Translations under genes and position numbers: made by a program
Shown here: in pieces, positions 26,152-38,977 of the stretch
Position numbering within the stretch: the first letter of the stretch is position 1
Layout: every line of letters starts with the position of its first letter
NCBI GenBank assembly: GCA_951406725.2
Contig: OX597814.1
Location: 168,950,001 to 169,014,000 of the forward strand
Source of the DNA: Octopus vulgaris
Lineage: Eukaryota
Direction of reading: 5' to 3'
DNA length: 64,000 nt
The notes under the pieces: model-generated
What the model was told of the DNA's origin: nothing
The model's input: the letters and a program-made list of their open reading frames with translations, nothing else
Databases searched by the model: none

Positions 26152-26406
26152 TATTTGCCATTTAAATATGGGTAACCCCTAAAGGTGGATGCTACTGTAG
26201 TTTGTAGCCCCAGGAGGACACCTCCTCCAGCTGGCTATAGACACACTTTCTGTGCCCTATCAGTATTTGCAAGGATGGCTTCCCTTTGCAAATACTGATA
26301 GAGCACAGAAAGCGTGTCTATAGCCAGCTGGAGGAGGTGTCCTCCTGGGGCTACAAACTACAGTAGCATCCACCTTTAGGGGTTAGCCATATTTAAATGG
26401 CAAATA
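26152..26406. repeat. near-perfect 255-bp palindrome (foldback / MITE)
   Basis: Arms of about 120 bp with 3 mismatches, about 13-nt centre, TA at both ends. Confidence 0.95.
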
Positions 26407-26819
26407 AAAAAAAAACTGGCAACGTTAAAAGGTTGCAAAGCAGAGACATAGATAAAAGCTCCCTAAATTAACTTGCAATGATTAATGATAATTATGATAG
26501 TAAGACACATGTGTGCTATATAAAATTGGTTACAGTGCAACACAAAAGTAATCAAATCCGTATGTTTTGACTTCCTTTTCTTTTTAATGCATATTTGTAC
26601 AGAGATATTTGTCTGAAGACTACACACAGCTGCTGTGTCATTTATGTCATTTTGCACTAGGTCACAAGTACCGCCACCATCCTTTTACAACTGTCATTGT
26701 GTCAATGTATGCTGACATAACACCACACCTACACACACGCTCAATGTTCTGCAATAGTTAGCCGATATAATACGATTCTTGTTTAATTTCCTTTAAATAT
26801 ATATATGAAGATCGTAAGC

Positions 26820-26990
26820 AACTACACGCATTTTTTTCTTTCCATGTTTTTTTCTGTGTATCTTTCTGTCGAAGAGCGTAGGCTCGAAACATAAAAGACT
26901 TTTTCTATTCCTGAGCGCTATACTAATACATTTGTTTGTTTGTACTCCACCTGCCTTCGTCTTTTGTTTATTTTCGTAAACTTTCTCTTT
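26820..26990 (+). mobile_element. Penelope-like pLTR-type repeat with minimal hammerhead motif (family P), copy 1
   Basis: TCTTT-CTGTCGA-A-GAGC-GTAG-GCTC-GAAA-CA-TA-AAAGA at 26861-26898; second copy at 52849-52980. Confidence 0.6.
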
Positions 26991-26994
26991 ATAT

Positions 26995-27043
<49 letters not shown>

Positions 27044-27047
27044 TATG

Positions 27048-27238
27048 TACTCTTTTACTTGTTTCAGTCATTTGACTGTGGCCATGCTGGAGCACCGCCT
27101 TTAGTCGAGGAAATCGGCCCCAGGTTTTATTCTTTGTAAGCCTTAGTACTTATTCTATTGGTCCCTTTTCCCGAACCGCTAAGTTGCGGGGATGTAAACA
27201 TACCAGCATCGGTTGTCAAGCGATGTCAGGGGGACAGT

Positions 27239-27319
<81 letters not shown>

Positions 27320-27333
27320 CGACGGGCTTCTTT
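27048..27333 (-). mobile_element. SINE family A, 3' two-thirds
   Basis: Reverse match to the family A body and tail. Confidence 0.85.
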
Positions 27334-27624
27334 CTTACTGTAAATTTGTGAAGATATGAAACGTTATATAGAAGTATCAAGTATATGATTTAACTTATTA
27401 AACAGAGTTCAACAAGTTTGTTCATACTTATGTAAATGGAGGAGATTAAAATGTTAATATGGATGATAATTTATTTTTATGTAGATATACAAATTGTTTC
27501 ATACAGAATGAATGACAAGAAATTCATATTTAAGAATCCGAGTTGTCATAAAGTACTTGTCGGTAGTCGAAAAAACTTAAAAGACATTAGAAATTTTATA
27601 AATATATATATATATATATAGAAA

Positions 27625-27770
27625 ATAGTAAAAAGTGAAAAAACTACAGAAGGCTTGTTTTAAAAGGTTAAAGAATATATATTTAAGTCAATATGTCTGA
27701 AGAATATTATATATATATATTCTTTAACCTTTTAAAACAAGCCTTCTGTAGTTTTTTCACTTTTTACTAT
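27625..27770. repeat. perfect 58-bp inverted repeat with 30-nt spacer
   Basis: 27625-27682 is the exact reverse complement of 27713-27770. Confidence 0.95.
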
Positions 27771-27807
27771 ATATTCAACCACGTGCTTTCACAAACCAAC
27801 TTTTTTA

Positions 27808-27847
<40 letters not shown>

Positions 27848-28779
27848 CATAGACACATATACATACATATATACCCAACCGTTTACTACACATTATTTTA
27901 CACTTGTTGCACCATTTTTTTTTTTCATTTTTATGACGGTCCTAAACTGGAGATTAACCGAAAAAAAAAAAAAAGTTTTCTTATTTTCATTTCAATTACA
28001 TCACAGTATTAGTCGTAAAGTGCGACATTACTCCATCTGTACGGTACATTCTAATTTAATAATGGAGTTACCAATCACAGCATGATTACATACACACACA
28101 CACTGCTGACTTTGAGGTTGGCATTTGTTCAAAGTAAAACATTTAATGTAAGAAAGCAGAAATAGTAGCGAGAGAGTATTGGCTGATAAATAAATATATA
28201 AATAAATAAATACGTTCTAGCCGTTGACAAAACATAGAAACCTGAGGAAGCATGCACACACAACATCGCTATCGTCAGCAGCAAACTTTTGAAGAATAAT
28301 GTGCTAGAAATAATAGCCAACTTACCCTTGAATCATACTCTACCAGATAATATAATCAGTAAGAGAAGAAAAAAAAAGACGCAATGGATTTATCCCAACG
28401 GGAATACTTTTCATTGGAGCTAAACAACAAACATGTTCTGTTTTGTTGTTGACAGTTCTGTACATTTACTTCACCTAGGGAGGGGAAATAATATCATTCC
28501 CCCGGAGTGTGTGTGTCCCCTTTAGAGTTCTTACTACCCTCTCAAATACAATACTTATTTATTCACATGATTCTGGATTATCTTCTAGCTTTGAGATTTC
28601 GATGATGTGATTATTTATTCTTAGAATACCAAGATCTGACCAGTTTCAACATAAAACAGGTAAAATATTTGGGCCGGATATGACTAGTTTAAATGCTAAA
28701 GTGTTTTTCGTACATAGATGAAAATCAGATATTCTCCATGTAGAGAACACTTAGTAGTGCTCAAAAGATTTAAACTTAA

Positions 28780-29062
28780 GGCAGCGAGCTGGCAGAAATG
28801 TTAGCGCGCCGAGCGAAATGCTTAGCAGTATTTCATCTGCCGCTACGTTGTGAGTTCAAATTCCGCCGAGGTCGACTTTGCCTTTCATCCTTTCGGGGTC
28901 GATATAATCGACTTAATCCGTTTGCCTGTCCTTGTTTGTCCCCTCTGTGTTTAGCTCCTTGTGGGTAGTAAAGAAATAAGTATTTCGTCTGCCGCTACGT
29001 TGTGAGCTCAAATTCCGCCGAGGTCGACGTGTGTAGCCCCTTGTGGACAGTAAAGAAATAAG
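28780..29062 (+). mobile_element. SINE family B with internal partial re-duplication
   Basis: The tail is followed by a second TATTTCGTCTGCCGCTACG...GTCGAC segment and a second tail; flanking repeat AGATTTAAACTTAAG. Confidence 0.85.
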
Positions 29063-32000
29063 AGATTTAAACTTAAGCGGGTAGAGAAGTAAATGTAAGG
29101 ACAAGCTAGCCAGGTCAGTATATAAAGTATGTTAAATACATGAAATACTAAAAAAATCTATGTTTCGCAGTTAAGATTTAAAAGCTAGTCTTACGTATGT
29201 ATACATATGTGCACGCGCGGACATTCAAGTGTTTTCAAACATTCGATTGCGGTCCTTCTAGTACTGTTATCACACCAGACTATTTATCATTTTAGTAAAA
29301 ACGTGCCACAGCTGTTTACGCAATATTCACCGAATGAAAAATTATATAAGTATACATACACACTGACAGACAAATATATCCTACAGCTTCAGGCATTATT
29401 TAAGTGCGCAATACAAAACATACCCAGGATAGCTTTAAAATGCATCTCAAAACATCACCTTTTTTCCTTTTGTTAAAAGTATTAGTATATTAAACGAATT
29501 GGTTTACCAAACATCCAATGTACATTCATTCATTCGACTTTATATCAATATTTATAGTTTGTACTATGCCTCCGTCATAAAATGTTTATTACCTTTATCC
29601 AAGAAATTTAGTATGTAATAAAAAAAAAAACTGTCATCTTATGCGATTGAGTGCTAATATATTTACTGCGTAATGTTAATTTCTTAGGATATTAATATTT
29701 CCAAATTTATGCACATGGCCAGCAATTCCGAAGGTGGGTAAGTCATATCAAAGACAAGCATTCTTCATTGGCGCTTATTTCGTTGGCATAGAAAAAAAAA
29801 TGAAAGGCAAAGCTGACCTGAGTAAGATCTGAACTCAGACCCACGCATTAATATAGAAGGTTTGCTTCTTTGGACCAATTTTTCAACCTGTCATTTTGGA
29901 GCTAAGGAGCAACCAAATTCATCAAGAACATAGTAGAAGCATAGAGGTAAATTCTACTATTTGAATTCCACAAGAATATACAGTTAGACCTAGATAATCC
30001 GAACAAGATAGGTGCAGAGTATTCTGTTTGGTTTAACACCCAATTTTTCATGTTTGCATGGAGGTTATTGAGGCAGATTTTCAATGACCAGATGTTATCT
30101 CTGTCACCAAACCTTTACCTGTTTCCAAGTAATGTTTTCCCATAGCCAGACATGGTATTGCAGAATACGGGAAATGAATGACGTTAATTTACAACTATCA
30201 CATGATGCCAAGACGAGGAGACACAAACAAACAAACATGCGTACTTTTGGTGATTCGCTGTGCTTGAGAAGACACGTACAAGGCACCCGGTGCTGGTGAC
30301 ACAAAAATCACCGGGTACACAAAACAGACTGGAGTCTGGTGTAGCTCTCCAGCTTACTAGTTCCAATCAAACCGTCTAACCCATGACAGCATCGAAAACG
30401 GATGTTAAATGACGCTGATGATAATACACACACATACATACTTGCTTCAGTTTCTGTACTCACAAGGTATTAGTAGGCCTGCCCGGGGCTATTGTAGAAG
30501 ATACTGCCTAAGGTGTCATGCAGTGAAACTGAACATAAAACCATGTGATTAGGAAGCAAATTTCTTAGCTACACAGCCAAGCCTGCGCCTATAAAAATAC
30601 TCAACTTGAACATAATAATATAAAAACAAGAATTAGTTTGTTTTTTGTTTTTTTGTGATTCAATCGATAAAATGTACTTTTATACACTCTTTGATGCCCT
30701 TTCGTTAAGGTTCCAGATACTGTAAAAACTGCCTTTCTGTTCAATTGTCAGTGATTGCTTTCTCTTCACAAACGGCAACAAAACTCGATTACTTGTAACA
30801 GATAAACATTCATAGCAAAATTTGTAGAGTGAAACAGACACGCACCATTGATTTTGTTATGCTTGTAAATTCTTTTGCATATCTGTCATTTTTATGAGTA
30901 AAATTATCTTTTTTTTTTTTTTTTTCCAGTGACCGACTCAGATCAAACTGAAAAAGATTTTGCATCCATAATTTTGTTTTCTTTACTAAGTTAGAAAATT
31001 TTTGAAAATTAAAACATGGTAATTTAACTATCCTCTCGCAAATCACAGCCCACTCCTATGAGAAATACTAACGTAACTGATACGCAATACTTTTTGATAA
31101 CTGTAAACAAGATGTTATGTGCGAGTGTTTACGATGTAATAGTTTTTAGAATACAAATTAACATTTAATTGTTGTAAATAAAAGCTGAAATTAGATTACC
31201 AGTTGAGCAATGGAGTCGTGTAATCGACTTTAGACCCTCTCCCGAAATTGCAGACTTTGTGCCAAAATTTGAAACCGATAATTTTCTAAATTTAATTAAC
31301 ACAAGGCTAGAGAAGTGAAACCGACTCAATTGTAGTCCATTTTGTTTTGTTATTTTCTGTTTATACGTTATACATACATGTATCCGGTTTTTGCACCGTC
31401 CCTAATTGTCTTCAGATCTTTTGTAGCAAATGAAGAAATTATTACTAAGGCGGCGAGCTGGCGGAATCAATAAGCACGTCGGACAAGATTCTTAGCAACA
31501 ACATTTCGTCCGTTTTTACGTTGAGTTCAAATTCCGTCGATGTCGACTTTGCCTTTCATCCTTTCGGGATCGATGAAATAAGTACCAGTCATGTGCTGAG
31601 ATCGATGTAATCGACTAGTCCCCTCCAATAGTAGAAAGGATTATTAAAGCTAGGATATAAACGAAGTCAAAATTAAGAACTTTCATTTATAGTACTCAAT
31701 AAAATTGCTAGCGAAGAAGAGAACTATAAAGAAATTATTTAATATGAAACAAATTTCATAAACCGAACTGACTATAGCTTATGAATTTTACAGACTTATA
31801 AACCTTATATTTAGAGAATAAATATATTTACACTATGTCTGTTCTCCGATAGTCACCAGGTGACATAGGCTGGAAATTTCATTTCTTAAGTAGAAATATC
31901 ATCAAATGGCTTAGAAATAAAGATTCTTTGGTTCGAATCTAGTTTGGGACCATACTATTTCACTCGTTTCAGCCATGCTGGAGCACCACCATGTACATAT

Positions 32001-32175
32001 TTCAGGAATAAAAAAACTCGATGAAGATCGGGGCTGACGATAATGAAACATAATGTAAATATACATACTCTAAGGTTAATAATGCAGAAAATTATAATCG
32101 GGATGAAAACGACTCCAGACATTTAGACATTTAATCCAACTTAATAGAAACCATACGGCACAATGCACTACTTAC

Positions 32176-32208
32176 CAAAGTACTTGGTCTATCTCTATTG
32201 TTGTTAAC
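32176..32208 (-). other. candidate non-coding 5'UTR exon of the UBE2E-like gene
   Basis: Minus strand: pyrimidine-rich tract, TACAG| 33 nt TTG|GTAAGT, in non-repetitive CpG-retaining DNA. Splice signals only. Confidence 0.25.
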
Positions 32209-32455
32209 CTGTACCGGTTTTACAGACAAGATAATTGAAGAAAACGAACAAAGATTAAATTATAAACATTCATATTATTATAGAAGTACAATAATGAATG
32301 CTTAACACTGGTATATGTATAAAAGTAGAATCTAATGCTATTCTTATGTATCTGGTCGTAGATAGGAAGATGGCTAGCAAAAGATCCAGCTTTCTGTAGA
32401 TCTATCTAATATATAAAAAAAGAGCCGATAACTTCTATAATCAATGGCCAAAAAA

Positions 32456-32493
<38 letters not shown>

Positions 32494-33093
32494 AAGAAAG
32501 TGAAACGAATCAAGTTACCTTTACCAATTAATGTATGCGTGTGTTCTCTTAAAAGTGCGTATCTGTGTTACATTCAATGTAGACGGTCTATAAGACATAA
32601 AACATATAGCTAAATAAAGCGATCTGTCAAAACAGGTAATCTGATAATATTTTGTAGCTATCATTACCTTCAACATTTGTAATGATAAAATATAATCTAG
32701 TCATGCTGGTTTAAAAACAAGTTCAGAAATTTCTTTCCTATTTTCTCGCTCGTTCATTCATTCATTCTCTTGCTAGCATGAAGTTACTTTGGTAATGAAT
32801 GACATCTGGTTATCATCAAATTGGTTGGCCAAAACCACATTTTTTTCTTTTTTTTTTCTTTCTGAAGAACAGCGGTTTATATTTGAATGTAATTCCAAAT
32901 AGATATAGTCAATGTATATTTTAAAATGTAGTGACACATAGCTTAGTGGTTAGGAGTGTTGCACTCATAGTCATAAGACTGTAGTTTCGATTCCTGGACC
33001 GGGCCGTTGTTCAGTCCGCTCAAGATGAATAATCCTGCGATAAACCGGCATCCAGAAGGGAAATATATATGCCACAGACTCCAGCCTTATATA

Positions 33094-33369
33094 CGTGGTC
33101 AGATCAATAAGTATCCGAACTGTTACCATAGTAACGAAACTAAATAACACAGAGTGAAACCGCTTGACACAGGCTGACCTTGAACTCTGCTGTGCATGCG
33201 CACTAAGTTTTAACGTTCTAGCTCACTTCCGCTGTTTACAGCAGTGCTTAAAAGGAACGTGTGTAGCGTCTTATCGTCGCAATGACCATGAGAGAGACAG
33301 TTGAGCAGAGAATCTTCATCAAATTTTGCCAAAATCTTGGCGATACCGGCTCAGAGGCCTATGCAAAGT
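33094..33369 (+). mobile_element. mariner 5' fragment
   Basis: TA|CGTGGTCAGATCAATAAGTATCCG TIR-like start; MTMRETVEQRIFIKFCQNLG matches the EQRxxIKFC N-terminus of mariner transposases. Confidence 0.8.
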
Positions 33370-33376
33370 TTTTATC

Positions 33377-33794
33377 GGATCTTTTCGGTTTGAACGGCAG
33401 TTTTTTTCTAACGGTGTCATATGAAATTGTCACCCATAATTATGACCCTAGTATCGATCTATTGCATTTCAATCTGTTTTAGGGTTAGGGTTAGGGGTGG
33501 GGGAAAGGGTATCTTTTTCCTTCAGAAATGTAAATAAACCCAATCTGTTTCTTAAACGAGGGACATATTCATACGGCACAGAATGTTTTCACCTCAATAG
33601 ACGTCCTTGATTGGTTGAAATTGCATAAATTGAAGAAAAAAAAACAACAAATATCTTACAAACTATAGAATTTTCTCAATAAAGCCAAGAGAAAAAGATG
33701 TTTTATAAACACATTCTACCAGTATACGAAGTTTAAAAGTGTTTAGTTACGTGGAAATTATTTTAAAAAACTGCCGTTCAAACCGAAAGGATCC
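33377..33794 (+). mobile_element. MITE family G (GGATC TIRs, 8-bp TSD)
   Basis: TIR GGATCTTTTCGGTTTGAACGGCAGTTTTT; TSD TTTTTATC on both sides; internal TTAGGG run. Confidence 0.9.
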
Positions 33795-34593
33795 TTTTTA
33801 TCATTCTCGACACAATCAAGATCTTGTGCAACTTAAAGCTGAGTGTCTTTTTGATCAGCTGAAAGCAGTTTTGACACAAACTTGGCAGATACGCGGCTCG
33901 TACCCAAATCTTCAGGGATAATGGACTGAACTGAACCGTAACTAATCTGCACATCCTCTGAAAACTTCCGGATACTGATTCAACGATTTCCCCTCACAGC
34001 TGCACGCACATTGATGTTTTACTCAGTTCTGCTGGTTGCGGGTTTCCCCAGAATGTTCATCACAATCGACATTTTTTTCGGCCATCTTGGAAACGTCTGA
34101 ACCACTCGTAAACTTGTGTGTGGCTCATACAATCCTCTCCATACACTTTCTGCAACTTTGCGCAGGTGTCACCATGACAACTTTTTCTATCATGGTCAAT
34201 GCGATGATCACACGCTACACACGTCCGTCCAAGTACTGCTGAAAACAGCGGAAGCTAGCCAGAAAGTTAAAACTTGGTTATTTCTTTACTACCCACAAGG
34301 GGCTAAACACAGAGGGGACAAACAAGGACAGACAAACGGATTAAGTCGATTACATCGACCCCAGTGCGTAACTGGTACTTAATTTATCGACCCAGAAAGG
34401 ATGAAAGGTAAAGTCGACGTCGGCGGAATTTGAACTCAGAACGTAATGCCAGACGAAATACGGCTACGCATTTCGCCCGGCGTGATAACGTTTCTGCCAG
34501 CTCGCCGCCTTAAAGAAAGTCAAAACATAGTGCGCATGCACAGCAGAGTTCGGGGTCAACCTTTGTCAAGTGGCTTCACTCTGCATGCTTTAG
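33795..34593 (-). pseudogene. mariner transposase 5' half, decayed, interrupted by SINE B
   Basis: AKLQKVYGEDCMSHTQVYEWFRRFQDGRK...DLGTSRVSAKFVSKLLSADQK with stops; upstream leader matches 33145-33300. Confidence 0.85.
34279..34509 (-). mobile_element. SINE family B, full length
   Basis: Imperfect TSD AGAAAGTTAAAACTTGGT / AGAAAGTCAAAACATAGT. Confidence 0.9.
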
Positions 34594-36634
34594 AGAGGGA
34601 GAAACTCAATGATAATAATTAAGAGAACAAAATTGTTAGCCAAAAGGAAGTGACCATATTTCTTCGTAAAAGCTCTTGTTATTGTTTAGCTCCAGATTAA
34701 CGCTGACTAAACAGACCTATGGTCGAAAGCATTCCAATCGTGACCAATCCGTCTTCGTTATATATCTAGTATGACCGTTTTTAGTGTATCCTTTCATTTC
34801 TTCCAAAGGGACTTTGGCTACTATTTCTAGTGTTTCGACTACACACTGAAACTCCTTCGCTGGCGTGTTTGGTAATACGTAATATTGTTTTCGTTAAATA
34901 AATCGACTTCAGTTACATTTCTTTTTAAACCAAGCCAACACCAGTTACCATGTGAAGTGGGATGGGGGACATAGATACTAACATGCACTACACACACACG
35001 TATTAATGACTAAAGTGTGTGTATGTATCATATACACTTAAATAATAAACTTTTGAAATGTTTTACAGTTCTAGTGATGGCTTGGATCTGTAGTCTTCGA
35101 ATCAGCATGCATGCATGTATGTATGTATGTAGTGCACTCACACGGCTACAAAGCTACAAGAGGAAGATAATTGCTTACGGTGCCACGCAGTGAGACTGAA
35201 CCCCAAACCATGGGGTTGAGAAATAAACTTCTTACCCTGAAGCCATGCCTGCGCTTTATGGTGAGTGATATTTTATGAACAAAAAAATTAGAGCTAATGT
35301 AAATTAACATTAAAAAACTGTAAAATATCAATGAAAAAGATAAAGATTTTGAAATATTGAATGTTGAAACGGAAACTTATGACTGTTGTTTATAAATTTC
35401 GTATTTTATGTTTTGCAGTCATAAAACCCATTAACCAATAGAGACAGAGAGAAAATTAAAAGAAAAAAGTATTTTTTAATGAAACCAAATAAGAAAAACG
35501 ATTTAGACAGTGAAGTGTTGTCGATGTAGCATATGTTAATTTATTATCACATGTGAACAGCTAAGAAAGAATGGAAAGGCTACTTAAATTAAAACTGAAT
35601 GTCTGTAGTATATAGATTATATAGATAAAATATATTGTATGTGCACACACACACATAATTGTTGCGAATTTTATTGATAACAAAGTAATAAGCTGGATGT
35701 TGATGCTAGGAGGATAGACATATTTTAGTTGGAGATAAGAGCTATGTGGAGCCTAAGGAAAAACTCAACATCAGTCATGGGCAAACTGCAACCCGCAGGA
35801 TTTTAAGAATAGCATGCCTAATGAAAAATGACCAAGAATGTTTTTTATAGAAGTGCGGGCCGCCTCATGATAAACCATGTCTCATGCGGCCCGCTTCTCG
35901 TAAAAGGGTTGCTATTAGCTGTTCTACAGATTTACACGGACGTGTAACAAATAACAGGATGATATACAAAGTATAAATAACCCAGCCGTCAAAAAAAAAA
36001 AACATTAGGAAATGTAGTCTTAGATATACAAGACGATGATTTATTTTCAACCTTGGCTTAAACAACTTCGATATACGTCTCTGTACAGCCAAAATATTTA
36101 TGCCATCATACCAACTTCAGAAACATATTTAAGGCATGCATCCCCTCATCTAATTTCGCGCTACTTTCAGCTGTTGTTTTTCATGCCATACATTGCCAAT
36201 TTATTCCAAACCTCTCTAGAATGCTAACGATTCAAATTCTCCAGACTATTAACTCTATCTTTTGTGTTTTACGACTATATTTGATTGTTTAAATCTCCGG
36301 TATACACACAAGCAAGATGCACACGCAATCATCATCGTTTAAACATCTATTTTCTCATGCTTGCATGGGTCAGACGAAAGTATGCTGGGACAAAGTTTTC
36401 TCGCCAACTCCACTTGTTTCCAGGCGAAGCAATAATCTCTCAGTCTATTGAACAACAAACGGCCTTAGATTTGTTTATAAGGAAAAAATGACAACGTATT
36501 TCTTTACGAAATCGTGCAACATGTAAAACAAAAAAAGTCTGGACATGCATTTGAGGTGGATTGCAAGCAAGCGATGACGTCAACACGTCAGTGTTTACAA
36601 CCAGTGCATACACGTGAAGATGAGGGAAATACTC

Positions 36635-36968
36635 GGATCTTTTCGGTTGACCGGCAGTTTTTTCTAACGGTGTCATATGAAATTGTCACCCATAATTATG
36701 ACCCTAGTATCGATCTATTGCATTTCAATCTGTTTTAGAGTTAGGACATATTCATACGACACAGAATGTTTTCACCTCAATAGACGTCCTTGATTGGTTG
36801 AAATTGCAGAAAAAACAACAACAAATATCTTACAAACTATAGAATTTTCTCAATAAAGCCAAGAGAAAAAGATGTTTTATAAACACATTCTACCAGTATA
36901 CGAAGTTTAAAAGTATTTAGTTACGTGGAAATTATTTTAAAAAACTGCCGGTCAAACCGAAAAGATCT
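36635..36968 (+). mobile_element. MITE family G, internally deleted copy
   Basis: Same TIRs; TSD AAATACTC / AAATATTC. Confidence 0.9.
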
Positions 36969-37527
36969 AAATATTCCCACATACATATATATTCATATAT
37001 GGTGGGCTTCTTTCAATTTCGCTTACCGAATTTACTCACAAAGATTTTGGTCGGCCCAGGACTATAACAGAAGATCCTTGCCCACGGTGCCATACAGTGG
37101 GACTGAATCCCAAACCACAGTTGTAAAGCAAATTCTTCACCAAATAGCCATACCTGTGTCCATTCTGAGTTTAAATCTTACCATAGTTGTCAACACACAG
37201 ACACACACACAAACACTCAAAATAGGAATTAAGGTAACTATACAAAAGACACTAAATTGTTAAGTATAAAATTTAAATGACTTGTGTATTCCTTTAATTG
37301 ACACTACTACTGATAATTTCGCCCTTCTATTTGTATAATGTCCTTTAATTCACCTTCATTTGACGATTGAGTAAAGAATGGCCATTAGCTGTCAAATTTG
37401 TGTTATAATTCTGCCTGTATACTTGCTTCAGCACATGCATTGAAAAGGCTATGCGTATATATCTTTGTCTTCATCTGAACTGTATGACATATGTACATGT
37501 ATCTGTCTTATTACTTTAAATAATTAA

Positions 37528-37563
<36 letters not shown>

Positions 37564-38089
37564 CCCAAGTCTATGCCAGCTTGAAAAATGGACATAAAAC
37601 GATGATAATAAAGGTGTGTCAACTGTAGCCTATGAACTTTAAATTGTTGAACATTTATAAATGAAGGAAGGTCACTGTAAGTTAATTACCTATTTTTCTG
37701 AAGTGCTCAATGAGTAGTGGACAGAATAGAAAAACATAAACTAAACTAAACTAAAAAAAAAAAAAGAGGAAAAAAATTAATATAAAAAGCAATATAAAAA
37801 GAAATGTATATATCCATAGGAAATTTTCTGCTTCTGCCACTATGCTTTATACATTGTTTCCTTCTACTTACATATTGATTTATTAATGGAATGTTATTGA
37901 ATTAATTATATGCTGAATACTATTTAAGAGAAAATATATGATGGTGAATGAGGTTGAAATTAGATTAAATAAATATGAAAATGAAAGTGAGTATATTTAT
38001 ATACTTATGTCACTGCGGTCTGCATATTTGAAAGGTTTTCCTTTTTTTTTTTTTTGCAACCCTTGCTTGTGAGAATATGACCAAATTGT

Positions 38090-38430
38090 GTTGCAGTTCC
38101 ATAATAGGATGTGATTTTGCCAAGGAACAAAGATGACAAGATACATTTGGTTACATGTACGTAGGTACTTTATCCAAGTGTCCACTCAATGGTAAGCAGT
38201 ATGTTATTTTTTAAGAACCATATATTTACTGCAGGTTTCAAATCTATTCTTCTTTGGAATATTCTTGATATATAGTTGTTATGTTGATGAAACCAATCCT
38301 TAAATTGCTTTGCAGTCATACCTATATAAACAATGCCATTTTGGTTAATATTAGCTGCATATATAACTATTTCATACAGGTAGTTTACATTGACAGGGTG
38401 CATTTCTGTGTTCTAGTGATTAGAGGTTTT
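38090..38430 (-). pseudogene. Penelope-like element GIY-YIG endonuclease remnant
   Basis: PVN..YL..IVIYAANI..NGIVYIGMTAKQFKDWFHQH...IWFLKNN...TIEW, then after a frameshift KVPTY...CHLC; matches the VIY/YIG, FKxRxxxH, IWxLK, CxLC pattern of PLE endonucleases. Confidence 0.75.
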
Positions 38431-38619
38431 AATATTATCCTCTCTTAGCCGACAGGCTTCTATAATCTATCATCTACTATTACCACTACCACCATGCAAG
38501 AGTTAAAGGATTCTGACACTAAAAACAGTACTGTAACTTAGACACAAGTTCAAAATGTTTACGAAAAATAGAAAACACAGTTATTTAGGATGATGAGATG
38601 GAGAAAAAACAAATAATGA

Positions 38620-38977
38620 CCATTGATCGTTGCCAGAGCAGCCAACTGGCTTCCGTGCCAATGGCACGTAAAAGGGCACCATTTGAGCGTGATCATTACC
38701 AAAGTTGCCTTACTGGCACCTGTGCTGGTGGCATGTGTAAAAAGATTCACGTGAGGTCGTTGCCAGTACCGCCTGACTGCCCCCCCCCTCCCGTGTCGGT
38801 GGCACATAAAAAGCACCCACTACACTCTCGGAGTGGTTGGCATTAGGAAGGCCATCCAGCTGTAGAAACTCTGCCAGATCAAGATTGGAGCCTGGTGCAG
38901 CCTTCTGGTTCGCCAGCCCTCAGTCAAAATCGTCCAACCCATGCTAGCATGGAAAGCAGACGTTAAACGATGATGAT
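38620..38977 (+). mobile_element. repeat family C
   Basis: Same 3' end and (GAT)n tail as 8762-9078. Confidence 0.8.

Noticed and set aside
31905-31952. tRNA-like segment with GGTTCGAATC
   Set aside because: No cloverleaf; probably a decayed SINE head. No true tRNA gene was found.
32031-32056. CTGACGA-TAAT-GAAACATA hammerhead-like string
   Set aside because: No stem II and no stem I pairing.
33479-33497. TTAGGG repeats as an interstitial telomere
   Set aside because: Only about three units and internal to MITE family G.
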